Below the pieces are notes generated by a model. It worked only from the letters and a program-made list of their open reading frames with translations, ran no database searches and had not been told where the DNA came from. A stretch of 63,703 nt of DNA, counting the filler, from Octopus bimaculoides (Eukaryota), in the NCBI RefSeq assembly GCF_001194135.2. It is 7 parts of 6 records of this genome, joined end to end, with 100 filler letters (N's around TTAATTAATTAA, not from the genome) between each part and the next. Parts side by side here need not be neighbours in the genome. Positions count along the whole stretch, not along the records: positions 49,545 to 55,310 come from NW_026353050.1; positions 55,411 to 57,444 come from NW_026350179.1; positions 57,545 to 60,754 come from NC_069003.1; positions 60,855 to 63,703 come from NC_068983.1; 3 more parts are not named here. One strand, 5' to 3'. A program made the position numbers and the translations under genes. Below, piece by piece: positions 54,330 through 63,703 of this stretch (position 1 is its first letter; every line of letters starts with the position of its first letter).

Positions 54330-54570
54330 TTCAACTTCGAGACTCTTGGAGCATTAGTATCAAGTTCTTTTCTGATCTCTGTACACCAGAACTTTTTTCC
54401 TTCTCGGAAGATGAAGATTCTCTGAAGGAATTCTGTTCCAGAAGAGACCTGTTTTGTTTACATTGAATCCAAAGTTGGGTAGGGAAGGTGCTAGGCTCAA
54501 TGATATTCTTAAGAATATTCTTAAGAACTTGGACAAATTCTTCGACCACTTGAATGTCTGCAACTTCACC
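54330..54570 (-). mobile_element. Tigger/pogo-like transposase fragment
   Basis: GEVADIQVVEEFVQVLKNI, then a frameshift, then FNVNKTGLFWNRIPS, resembling the Tigger FNxDETGLFWKRMP DDE motif. Confidence 0.65.
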
Positions 54571-55074
54571 TAGATATATACGGACGTTATGTAAACTACG
54601 ACTTTGTGAATGCTTCAGAATTATATTTCTTTTGGTTTCTTGTGCCTGAAGCCGTTCCTTGCTTTTTTACCATTATCACAAATTGATGTAATATCATATT
54701 AAGTTTCGTTTCGCAGCCTACTCAAGCGGCAACGATATCTATCATTTTTTTTCTTTTCTTTTTTCAAAATTTATTTCTTGAACTGATAAACAATGAAGTC
54801 ATCATGGCACAGGTATTTTAGTATTTTATTCCCATTTTTTCTGGATGATTCTAATTGTTGGTTTGGCTAAGTTTAAAGACTTACTCACACACCTGACGTT
54901 CGCCATTTTCTCCTCGCCTCATTTTCACATCGTTTCATGTGTTTTCGTGGATCTCGAGACAAACTTTCAGTTTTTGGTGCTGCAGGCACCTTCCTACCTT
55001 CCTTCCTTACATTTCTTTCTTTCTTTCTTTCTTTCTTCAGTTTTTTCTTCCTTCCTTTCTTCGTTACCTTTCTT

Positions 55075-55245
55075 TCCGATGTTGGTGTGTTTACGTCCCC
55101 GTAACCTAGCGGTTCGGCAAAAGACACCGATAGAATAAGTACTAGGCTTACAAAGAATAAGTCCTGGAGTTGACTTGTTCAACTAAAGGTGGTGCTCCAG
55201 CATGGCCGCAGTCAAACGACTGAAACAAATAAAAGAATAAAAGAA
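55075..55245 (+). mobile_element. SINE family B 3' half
   Basis: It contains gatgttggtgtgtttacgtccccgtaacctagcggttcggcaaaag...ccagcatggccgcagtcaaacgactgaaacaa. Confidence 0.85.
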
Positions 55246-55310
55246 TATATGTATGTATGCAACGATGAACGTTTTTTTAAATATTTTTTCTCTACCAAAT
55301 CCATTCACAA

Positions 55311-55410
55311 NNNNNNNNNNNNNNNNNNNNNNNNNNNNNNNNNNNNNNNNNNNNTTAATTAATTAANNNNNNNNNNNNNNNNNNNNNNNNNNNNNNNNNN
55401 NNNNNNNNNN
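55311..55410. other. Artificial assembly linker
   Basis: 44N-TTAATTAATTAA-44N. Confidence 0.95.
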
Positions 55411-55860
55411 CACCAGGCTTCAATCTGATCTAGCAAAGTTTCTACAGCTGGATGCCCTTCTTAATACCAACCCCTCCGAGAGTGTAGTGGGTGCTTTTTA
55501 CATGCCACGGCACAGGACCAGTCGGGCAGCAGTGGCATAGGCCACAGTTAAGCTTTCACTTGGCTTGCCGGGTCTTCTCAAGCACAACATATCTCCAAAG
55601 GTCTCGATCACTTGTCATCGCCCGTGTGAGGCCCAACATTCAAAGGTCATGTTTCACTACCACCTCATCCCAAGTCTACTTCTTCCCTCTACTGGTAGGG
55701 TTTGACACTTTTTCACACAGCTGTTTTCATTCATACGTAACATATGGCCATACGAGCGCAGTTGTCTGTCTTGCACACCACATCTGATGCTTCTTATGTC
55801 CAACTTTTCTCTCAGGGTGCTTACACTTTGTCATGTATGCACACTGATATTACACATTAT
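55411..55860 (-). mobile_element. 3' end of an RTE-clade LINE
   Basis: The minus strand reads SVSTLREKLDIRSIRCGVQDRQLRSYGHMLRMNENSCVKKCQTL...DRDLWRYVVLEKTRQAK*. The LR..GH..RM and ...W motifs are typical of RTE C-termini, and a 3' UTR follows. Confidence 0.75.
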
Positions 55861-55899
55861 CATGGCGAATGCCGGACAGAAGGATCACATAGGAGAGTT

Positions 55900-57444
55900 A
55901 AGAAGAAGGGGAGATAACAAATAATTAGTGATCCCAAAACGAAGGCACGTGTGTGTGAGAGAATGCTGGTGATCTTAACGTATGCATGTTTGTATGTAGG
56001 TGTGAAAATGTAGGGATGGGAATTGGTCAGTGCTTGTGTGTGCGTGGTAGTGTTGTGATGTGATGTGCTGTGTAATATGGTATGATGTGAAGGTGTCGGG
56101 AGGTGGGGAAAGCATGGGTGGGGTGTGGGTTAGGCTGAGGGTTTGGGTAGAGGTAGGGGTATGTGGGTAGGCAGAGGTTGGGAGTATGTGGGTAGGTAGA
56201 GGTGGTGTATGTGAGAGAGGGTGTAGGGGTGGAGTGTAAGGGATGGAAAGGTGGGGTAGGGGTGGGATGGGCTTATGAGGGAGTGTTGACGATGAAGGAG
56301 AAGGGGAAGGTAGGTATGGGAGGAGAGAGAAAGAGTAGGGGTGAAGAGAAGTAGGAGTCGGAGCAGGAGAGGAGAGGTGAGTAGGAGGGAGGGGAAGAGA
56401 GGCAAAGGGAAGGGGTTAGAGGAAGAGGGGAAGAGAGTTGAGCCCATGTGGCGCAAAGGAGCGAAGAGAGAAGATTAATCCCTGTTCACGACGCAAACGG
56501 GAGTCCGGATGGCCTCTGTGCAAGGACAATCCAAACACGGACAGGTGTTGCTGCGAGGAGTGACCAGTAGAGCGGAAATGGCGTGACACCTGGGTGTCAT
56601 TACCAATGCGGATGTCTTAGAGGTGTTCCGCCAGGCGGCGCCCCGTTTGTCCGNNNNNNNNNNNNNNNNNNNNNNNNNNNNNNNNNNNNNNNNNNNNNNN
56701 NNNNNNNNNNNNNNNNNNNNNNNNNNNNNNNNNNNNNNNNNNNNNNNNNNNNNNNNNNNNNNNNNNNNNNNNNNNNNNNNNNNNNNNNNNNNNNNNNNNN
56801 NNNNNNNNNNNNNNNNNNNNNNNNNNNNNNNNNNNNNNNNNNNNNNNNNNNNNNNNNNNNNNNNNNNNNNNNNNNNNNNNNNNNNNNNNNNNNNNNNNNN
56901 NNNNNNNNNNNNNNNNNNNNNNNNNNNNNNNNNNNNNNNNNNNNNNNNNNNNNNNNNNNNNNNNNNNNNNNNNNNNNNNNNNNNNNNNNNNNNNNNNNNN
57001 NNNNNNNNNNNNNNNNNNNNNNNNNNNNNNNNNNNNNNNNNNNNNNNNNNNNNNNNNNNNNNNNNNNNNNNNNNNNNNNNNNNNNNNNNNNNNNNNNNNN
57101 NNNNNNNNNNNNNNNNCCGTAGGATGAAGTAGCGAGCCATGAGTTGAGACTGAGTCTCAAAGTCATGGTCGTCACTACAGAGCCTGCATAGACGGAGGAA
57201 TTGAGAATAGGGGATGGAAAGCTTGGTGTGTTTAGGGTGGGAGGAGGAGAAGTTGAGATAAGAGTGTGAGTCTGTATTTGTAGTGGATGGAGGTGGTAAG
57301 AGTGGAGTGATGAATGCTGACCGAAATGTCAAGAAAAGAGACAGAGGTGTCAGAGATAGTGCAAGATGGAAGGATTTGACAAAAGAGAGGAACAAGTCTA
57401 GATGTTCGCGGGAGAGTGAGGTGGCACCGATACAGTCGTCAATA
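55900..57444 (-). mobile_element. Penelope-like element (RT C-terminus + GIY-YIG endonuclease + pyrimidine-rich 3' region), truncated and degenerate
   Basis: IDDCIGAT (RT active-site region) lies at 57420-57443, followed by SHPKHTKLSIPYSQFLRLCRLCS. After the gap comes GQTGRRLAEHL*DIRIGNDTQVSRHF...REQGLIFSLRSFAPHGLN, a GIY-YIG C-terminus with one in-frame stop. Confidence 0.85.
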
Positions 57445-57544
57445 NNNNNNNNNNNNNNNNNNNNNNNNNNNNNNNNNNNNNNNNNNNNTTAATTAATTAA
57501 NNNNNNNNNNNNNNNNNNNNNNNNNNNNNNNNNNNNNNNNNNNN
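57445..57544. other. Artificial assembly linker
   Basis: 44N-TTAATTAATTAA-44N. Confidence 0.95.
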
Positions 57545-60130
57545 GGCATCCAAGGAGGACGACCGGAAGAAATTCAACCCAAGACTGCGGGTTGGGCGAG
57601 GCGCGTAAGGCAGCCTTAAGTTGCCTATGAAATCGCTCAACCATCCCATTAGAAGCGGGATGGTAGCTGGTGGTGCGTATACGATGCACCCCCAAGATTT
57701 GTGATAGGTCACGAAAGAGCGCGGCCTCAAATTGCCGGCCACGATCTGTGGTCAGGCTGGACGGTACACCGTATCGAGAAATCCAGCCAGACATGAAGGC
57801 TTGAGCGACAGTCTCAGAAGTAATATCAGCTATAGGAATGGCTTCTGGCCAGCGGGAAAAACGATCGACACATGTTAACAGATATGAGAACCCGCGACTC
57901 ACTGGCTATGGTCCAACCAAATCAAGGTGGACTTGACGAAAACGGGCCTCAGTAGATGGAAATTGTCCAAGTGGGGAACGAACGTTTTGCACTCTGGCAC
58001 TTCAAGCAAGAGCGTCCCCAAGTGGTAATTGACCGCTGCATGTTGGGCCAAAAACCCGAGCTGTAATAAGTTTGACTGTCGCAGAGATGCCAGGGTGTGA
58101 CAAGGAATGAAGGGCATCAAAAACAGAACGTTGATGGTTCTCAGGCACTAAGGGCCTGGGAGAACTGGTGGAAGTGTCACACAAAATAGAGCCTTCGGAG
58201 GAAGGGAGCGGAAGATAGGCAAACTTACAAGTATGGTACTTTGGTGAAGTTAAGTCTAAACACGACAAAGGAGGTTGCTCCTGCGAAATTGTTAGCAGAT
58301 CAATTACCGCGGGAGTGGAAATAGAATGCACAGGGAGTCGCGAAAGAGCATCAGCTGGGATGTTCTCTTTCCCTGGCACATGACGAATGTCACCTGTAAA
58401 CTGTGAAATAAAGTCCAGGTGACGAAAAGCACGAAGAGAGAGTTTGTCCGTTTTAGAGGATAGAACAAAAGTGAGGGGCTTGTGATCAGTATAAATCACA
58501 AACTCCCGTCCCTCGAGCTGATGTTGGAAATGCCGAACTGACAGATAGATCGCTAATAGCTCGCGATCAAAAGTGCTATATCTGCGCTCGGCAGGNNNNN
58601 NNNNNNNNNNNNNNNNNNNNNNNNNNNNNNNNNNNNNNNNNNNNNNNNNNNNNNNNNNNNNNNNNNNNNNNNNNNNNNNNNNNNNNNNNNNNNNNNNNNN
58701 NNNNNNNNNNNNNNNNNNNNNNNNNNNNNNNNNNNNNNNNNNNNNNNNNNNNNNNNNNNNNNNNNNNNNNNNNNNNNNNNNNNNNNNNNNNNNNNNNNNN
58801 NNNNNNNNNNNNNNNNNNNNNNNNNNNNNNNNNNNNNNNNNNNNNNNNNNNNNNNNNNNNNNNNNNNNNNNNNNNNNNNNNNNNNNNNNNNNNNNNNNNN
58901 NNNNNNNNNNNNNNNNNNNNNNNNNNNNNNNNNNNNNNNNNNNNNNNNNNNNNNNNNNNNNNNNNNNNNNNNNNNNNNNNNNNNNNNNNNNNNNNNNNNN
59001 NNNNNNNNNNNNNNNNNNNNNNNNNNNNNNNNNNNNNNNNNNNNNNNNNNNNNNNNNNNNNNNNNNNNNNNNNNNNNNNNNNNNNNNNNNNNNNNNNNAG
59101 TGGCGCAACTGTTTTAAAGAAGTTGGAGGTGCGATACGTTGAATGGCATCGACCTTTGAAGGAAGAGGTCTGATTCCACTGGAATCAATAAAATGTCCGA
59201 GAAACTCCAGAGAAGATTGCCCGAAAACACATTTATTCGGATTGACTTTCACGTTGTATGGAAAAGCAGTGATAAATGGTGGAGGTGATTCTCTTTTGTA
59301 TCGCTAGCGATGAGTATGTCATCAACATAGGCGAATACAAAATCAAGTCCACGCACGACCTTATCTATGAACCTTTGAAAGGTGCTGGTAGCCTTACGCA
59401 GACCGAAATTCATGAACAGGAATTCAAAACAGCCGAAAGGAGTGGTGATGGCTGTCTTAGGAACGTCCTCTGGATTGACTGGTATCTGATGATAGGCCCG
59501 TAACAGATCACTCTTAGAGAAAATGGTGCACCCATGCAGGTTTGCCGAGAAATCCTGTAGGTTCCTAATTGGATAGCGATCTGCTGTCGTCACGGCATTA
59601 AGTCGCCGATAGTCCCCCACTGGGCGAAAATCCGTGTCCCCTTTACAGGCCAAATGAAGAGGAGATGCCCATGGGCTGGTGGAGGGGCGAATGAGGCCGT
59701 GTTGAAGAATGTGTTCAAACTCGGCCTTGGCCGTCTTAAGATGGTCAGGCGCTAGACGACGTGGGCGCGAAAAAACGGGTGGTCCAGTCGTCTTGATGTA
59801 ATGGAGGGTGGAATGCGAGGGATTCGCCGGTTTGAAAGTGATGTTCACCAGCTCCGGAAAANNNNNNNNNNNNNNNNNNNNNNNNNNNNNNNNNNNNNNN
59901 NNNNNNNNNNNNNNNNNNNNNNNNNNNNNNNNNNNNNNNNNNNNNNNNNNNNNNNNNNNNNNNNNNNGAGGTTTGTCTACAGTAAGACGAAGCGGCCAAC
60001 TGCTACAACAGGAACCAATGTCAACCATGAAGAATTCCTTCGACACCTGGTCCTGAATGAATATTGCACGATTGAAAGTTGGTTGAGTGGAGGAAAGTGA
60101 CGTGCACATTTTCTCCTTTACGCGTTTCCC
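57545..60130 (-). pseudogene. pol: Retrotransposon Pol, disrupted
   Basis: Frameshifts occur near 59250 (RT), about 58040 and about 57985 (integrase), with an in-frame TAG in LVGP*P near 57910. Two internal gaps. Confidence 0.85.
60065..60130 (-). promoter_or_regulatory. Candidate -1 programmed ribosomal frameshift signal
   Basis: G_GGA_AAC lies in the gag frame at 60130-60124 and pol is in the -1 frame. After a 7-nt spacer come the complementary segments GGAGAAA/UUU(C)CUCC and UGCACG/CGUGCA. Confidence 0.7.
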
Positions 60131-60754
60131 GATTGTTTGAAAGAACAAGGCTGAATACATCTTCGCGCCTTGTGTGAGAAGGTTTCATGGTACCAGCACA
60201 TACCATTTTGTGTTCTGTTGATTCCCCGATTTCGAGAAGTAGTGCGAGAACGTGAGCTACTCCGAGACTTCGAGCGAGAGCGGCAGAGATCGTCCAAGCG
60301 ACGTGTGAGGTCATCGAGCCTGCCAAGAATGTCGTTGTTGGACAAAGGAGAGGACTGCTGTGGAACAGCTGAGGAGGACTCAGTACACTGACAAACAGCG
60401 CGAGAAGGGTTGCCCGAGAATTCAAGGACTTTATCGGCCATTGTGGCCACCTGGTCCACAGTGTTAGACTCAAATGCCGTCGCTAGAATTGTTTGTACGT
60501 GTGACGGTAGGCGAGAAAAGAAAATCTTGCGGAGAAGTGGAGCATCTGTTGACTCTCCGCTCAGATCTCGTAAATGGCGCAGAAATTCTGTGGGGGTCCT
60601 GTCACCGAGCTGCTCGTCTGCCATCAGCTCATTGAATTGGCTGGCGGCAGACCTGGTGGTCCGGCGTAGGATCTCGTTCTTCACCTCGTCATACGTGGCG
60701 TCGTCCTTGGGAGGCGTAATTAGGTCTCTAGCCGCTTTAGCAAGCGATGGAGGC
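60118..60754 (-). CDS. gag: Retrotransposon Gag (5' end in linker)
   Basis: The open frame ends SGNA* at 60118 and carries the CX2HX9CX3C motif. Confidence 0.85.
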
Positions 60755-60854
60755 NNNNNNNNNNNNNNNNNNNNNNNNNNNNNNNNNNNNNNNNNNNNTT
60801 AATTAATTAANNNNNNNNNNNNNNNNNNNNNNNNNNNNNNNNNNNNNNNNNNNN
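60755..60854. other. Artificial assembly linker
   Basis: 44N-TTAATTAATTAA-44N. Confidence 0.95.
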
Positions 60855-61153
60855 AAAATCCAACCTCTTTGGGTGTACTATTCTAAAAGTCAGCCAATTC
60901 ACACTATTGTGAATATTACACGGCAACGACGGGATACTCAGTTAATGCATGTATGTGTATATATACATGTATATTTGAGTGAGAGTGGGAGACGGAGGGA
61001 GAAGTTTCATTATATGGAATAGCATGGAAAGTTTCTCCCAAGATATTTCCATTAACCAAGCCATTCAACCAATCACCTTTCTTAATATATGGATATAACG
61101 ATAGAATATTTCTAAAAAAAAGACCTTACGATTATTTTTTGTGTTATACTTAC

Positions 61154-61264
61154 ACGTACGACAGTATCGTCCAATATAACCACGACGGCATTTACAGGTG
61201 AATCTACGTCCCCTTCTGATACATGCGCCACCGTTTTTGCAAGGTCTTTTAGAGCATGGATTGA
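61154..61264 (-). CDS. Internal exon encoding a cationic EGF-like domain (third)
   Basis: It has a ttcttttatacacAAG acceptor and GTAAGT donor, 111 nt. It translates to NPCSKRPCKNGGACIRRGRRFTCKCRRGYIGRYCRT. Confidence 0.8.
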
Positions 61265-61813
61265 CTTGTGTATAAAAGAAATAAAAATTGTATTTCACAA
61301 TCTTATATATATTTACAATGAAATAATGGAGGAATTCCATTTTACAAATTTCCTATCTACTCTTTTTAATTAGTTTCTCTAAAACAAAAATGTGTTCTTC
61401 GGGTTTCAAAAAAATTCGTAAATTTTCAAAATCTTTTTCTGTAGCAAAAGCGTCACTCTTTGATTTTAAGTGCCTACTGCAAAAACAAATTCACAAAAAA
61501 ATCTATCTAGAAGCTGGGAGCGGAGATTAATAAATTTTCAAATCATTTTCGACTGAAAATCTCCCCTAATTCATCATTTACAAGGGTGTAAGGAAAAAGA
61601 ACTAAAGGGTCCCCGTCGCATTTGAGAAAATCCAACCTCTTTGGGTGTACTATTCTAAAAGTCTGCCAATTAACACTATCGTGAATATTACACGGCAACG
61701 ACAGGATACTCAGCTAATGCATGCATGTGTGTATATATATATATGTATATTCATTGCTCCTTTAATACATTTCTAAAAAAAGATCTTAGGATCATTTTTT
61801 GTGTTATACTTAC

Positions 61814-61924
61814 ACGTACGACAATATCGTCCAATATAACCTCGTCGGCATTTACAGGTGAATCTACGTCCCCTTCTGATACATGCACCACTGTTTTTGC
61901 AAGGTCGCTTATAGCATGGATTGA
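61814..61924 (-). CDS. Internal exon encoding a cationic EGF-like domain (second)
   Basis: It has a ttcttttatacacAAG acceptor and GTAAGT donor, 111 nt. It translates to NPCYKRPCKNSGACIRRGRRFTCKCRRGYIGRYCRT. Confidence 0.8.
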
Positions 61925-62624
61925 CTTGTGTATAAAAGAAATAAAATGGTATTTCACAATCTTATATGTATTTACAATGAAATAATGAAAGAATTCCATT
62001 TTAGAAATTTCTTGTTTTCTGCTTTGAATTAGTTCCTTTAAAAATAAATGTGTTATTGGGGTTTCAAAAAAATTGGTAAATTTTCAAAATCTTTTTCTGT
62101 AGGAAAATCGTCACTCTTTGATTTTAAGTGCATCCAGCAGAAAAGAAAAATTGACAAAGAAATCTGTCCGGAAGCTGGCAGCAGAGATTAATAAATTTTC
62201 AAAACATTTTCGACGAAAAAGCTCCCCTAATCATCATTTGCAAGGGTGTAAGGAAAAAGAACTAAAAGGTCCCCGTCGCATTTGAGAAAATCCAACCTCT
62301 TTGGGTGTACTATTCTAAAAGTCAGCCAATTCACACTATTGTGAATATTACACGGCAACGACGGGATACTCAGTTAATGCATGTATGTGTATATATACAA
62401 GTATATTTGAGTGAGAGTGGGAGACGGAGGGAGGAGTTTCATTATATGGAATAGCATGGAAAGTTTCTACCAAGATATTTCCATTAACCAAGCCATTCAA
62501 CCAATCACCTTTCTTAATATGTATTCATGAGGTACCTACCTTGGCTCTTTAAATATACTTGTAAAACAAAATCTATGATAAATCTATGCTTATAAATTAT
62601 GACTATTTTTAATGTTATACTTAC

Positions 62625-62735
62625 ATCTATTACAGTATCTTCCAGAGTAACCAGGTCTGCATTTACAGGTGAATCTATGTCCTTTCCTGATACATGTGCC
62701 GCCGTTCTTACATGGTCTCCTATGGCATGGATTGA
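62625..62735 (-). CDS. Internal exon encoding a cationic EGF-like domain (first of three in transcript order)
   Basis: It has a ttttacgcacTAG acceptor and GTAAGT donor, 111 nt, phase 1-1. It translates to NPCHRRPCKNGGTCIRKGHRFTCKCRPGYSGRYCNR, with six Cys in EGF spacing. Confidence 0.85.
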
Positions 62736-63424
62736 CTAGTGCGTAAAAGTAATAAAAACCTTATTTCGCGGTTTTCTACATATTTATATGGATATAACGA
62801 TAGAATATCCTTTAACGAAGGCTCTATTTACAGTTGTACCTATTGTTTATCTCTTTAATTATTTATTCTTTGTTTTAATCTCTCTCAGTTACATAAAAAA
62901 TTATTGGATTTTTTAAATAATAATTTGTTATAATATCGAAAAGTAAAGCATAAAATTTTATCTAAAATTAGCTACTGAGAAACAAGCAAAAATCCGGATT
63001 TAACAGTTCGACCAACATTGCTAGGACGTTTCCTCAGCTATTGAAGCTCTTCTGTGGCTTTTAGCACTATAGAAATCTAAGAAAAGCTTCCTCAGGAAGA
63101 AATTCTGCAGTTTTGTGGCTTGTACGTTATGCCCATGTTAAGTATTAAATGCAGAATGTTCTTCTGAAGCAATACAGCTTTCGTGGCGAATAACGATTAT
63201 GTAAACATAATATGTAAACATTTGTACAGGTGTGTTTGTGTGTGTGAGTGTGTGTGTGTGTGTTTGTGTCTATGTGTGTCTGTGTGTGTCTGTGTGTGTC
63301 TGTGTGTGTGTGCTCTGTATTTGTGCGAGCGGGCGCGTATATATAGATAGATAGATACATACATACATAGAGAGAAAGAAAGAAAGGAAGCCAGAAAGGA
63401 AGATCGACAGGCAGATTCTCAGAG

Positions 63425-63630
63425 AGGCAGATGAGAGACAGATAGATAGATAAATAGAAAGAGAGACAGACAGATAGGCAAACACACAGACAGACAGACA
63501 CACAGACAGACAGACAGACACACAGACAGACAGACACACAGACAAACAGACACGCAGACAAATAGACAGACAAACAGACAGACAGACAGACACACAGACA
63601 CACAGACAGATAGATAGATAGATAGATAGG
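63425..63630. repeat. Compound (GACA)n/(GATA)n microsatellite
   Basis: Seen directly. Confidence 0.9.
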
Positions 63631-63703
63631 TTTCTTTATTAGCCACACAGGGCTCAACACAGAGGGGACAAAATACAAATGTAGAGTTTTTCTTTTCGAG
63701 TGG

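Larger units (their letters stand above)
57545..60754 (-). mobile_element. Ty3/Gypsy LTR retrotransposon internal region (gag-PR-RT-RH-IN), CsRn1-like clade; LTRs not in segment
   Basis: Domain order is Gypsy. Gag ends in the CHCC motif CWYHETFSHKARRCIQPC, protease has VDIGS and RT has [10 protein letters not shown]. RNase H reads YSTFDRELLAIY...TDHKPL, and the integrase has HHCC and a D-D-E core ([24 protein letters not shown]). Confidence 0.95.
60855..62520. repeat. Tandem segmental duplication carrying EGF exons (units about 772 and 660 bp)
   Basis: The anchor aaaatccaacctctttgggtgtactattctaaaagtc recurs at 60855, 61627 and 62287. Confidence 0.9.

Noticed and set aside
54508-54528. Short palindrome around ttcttaagaatattcttaagaa
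   Set aside because: It is explained by a small tandem duplication inside the decayed Tigger fragment.
21804-60810. Regularly recurring TTAATTAATTAA palindrome as a CRISPR-like or regulatory repeat
   Set aside because: It is always centred in exactly 100 bp of N padding, so it is an assembly spacer.
63020-63100. Second hammerhead-like string on the minus strand (CAGAAGA...GAAACGTC)
   Set aside because: The core is mutated and stems I and II cannot be formed convincingly.
38-63678. The many [12 protein letters not shown]/poly-X ORFs in the supplied track
   Set aside because: They are translations of (TA)n, (TG)n, (GATA)n microsatellites and N gaps.

Overview
This is AT-rich, microsatellite-dense eukaryotic DNA. 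Its tRNA-derived SINE families suggest a cephalopod, probably Octopus (inferred from recall, not from a database search). The window is not one continuous locus: six identical 100-bp artificial spacers (44 N + TTAATTAATTAA + 44 N) join seven segments, and there are many internal N gaps. Most content is simple repeats, SINEs and decayed transposons: mariner, Tigger/pogo, hAT and mariner MITEs, Tx1/L1, RTE, R4/Dong-like and Penelope-like fragments. A 3.2-kb internal part of a CsRn1-clade Ty3/Gypsy element retains a G_GGA_AAC -1 slippery site and a candidate pseudoknot at the gag-pol junction. The only well-supported host coding sequence is at the right end: three tandemly duplicated 111-nt phase 1-1 exons on the minus strand. 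Each encodes a strongly Arg/Lys-rich EGF domain with no acidic residues, reminiscent of mussel adhesive foot protein-2 repeats. Nearly all entries in the supplied ORF track are artefacts of microsatellites, N runs or SINEs.
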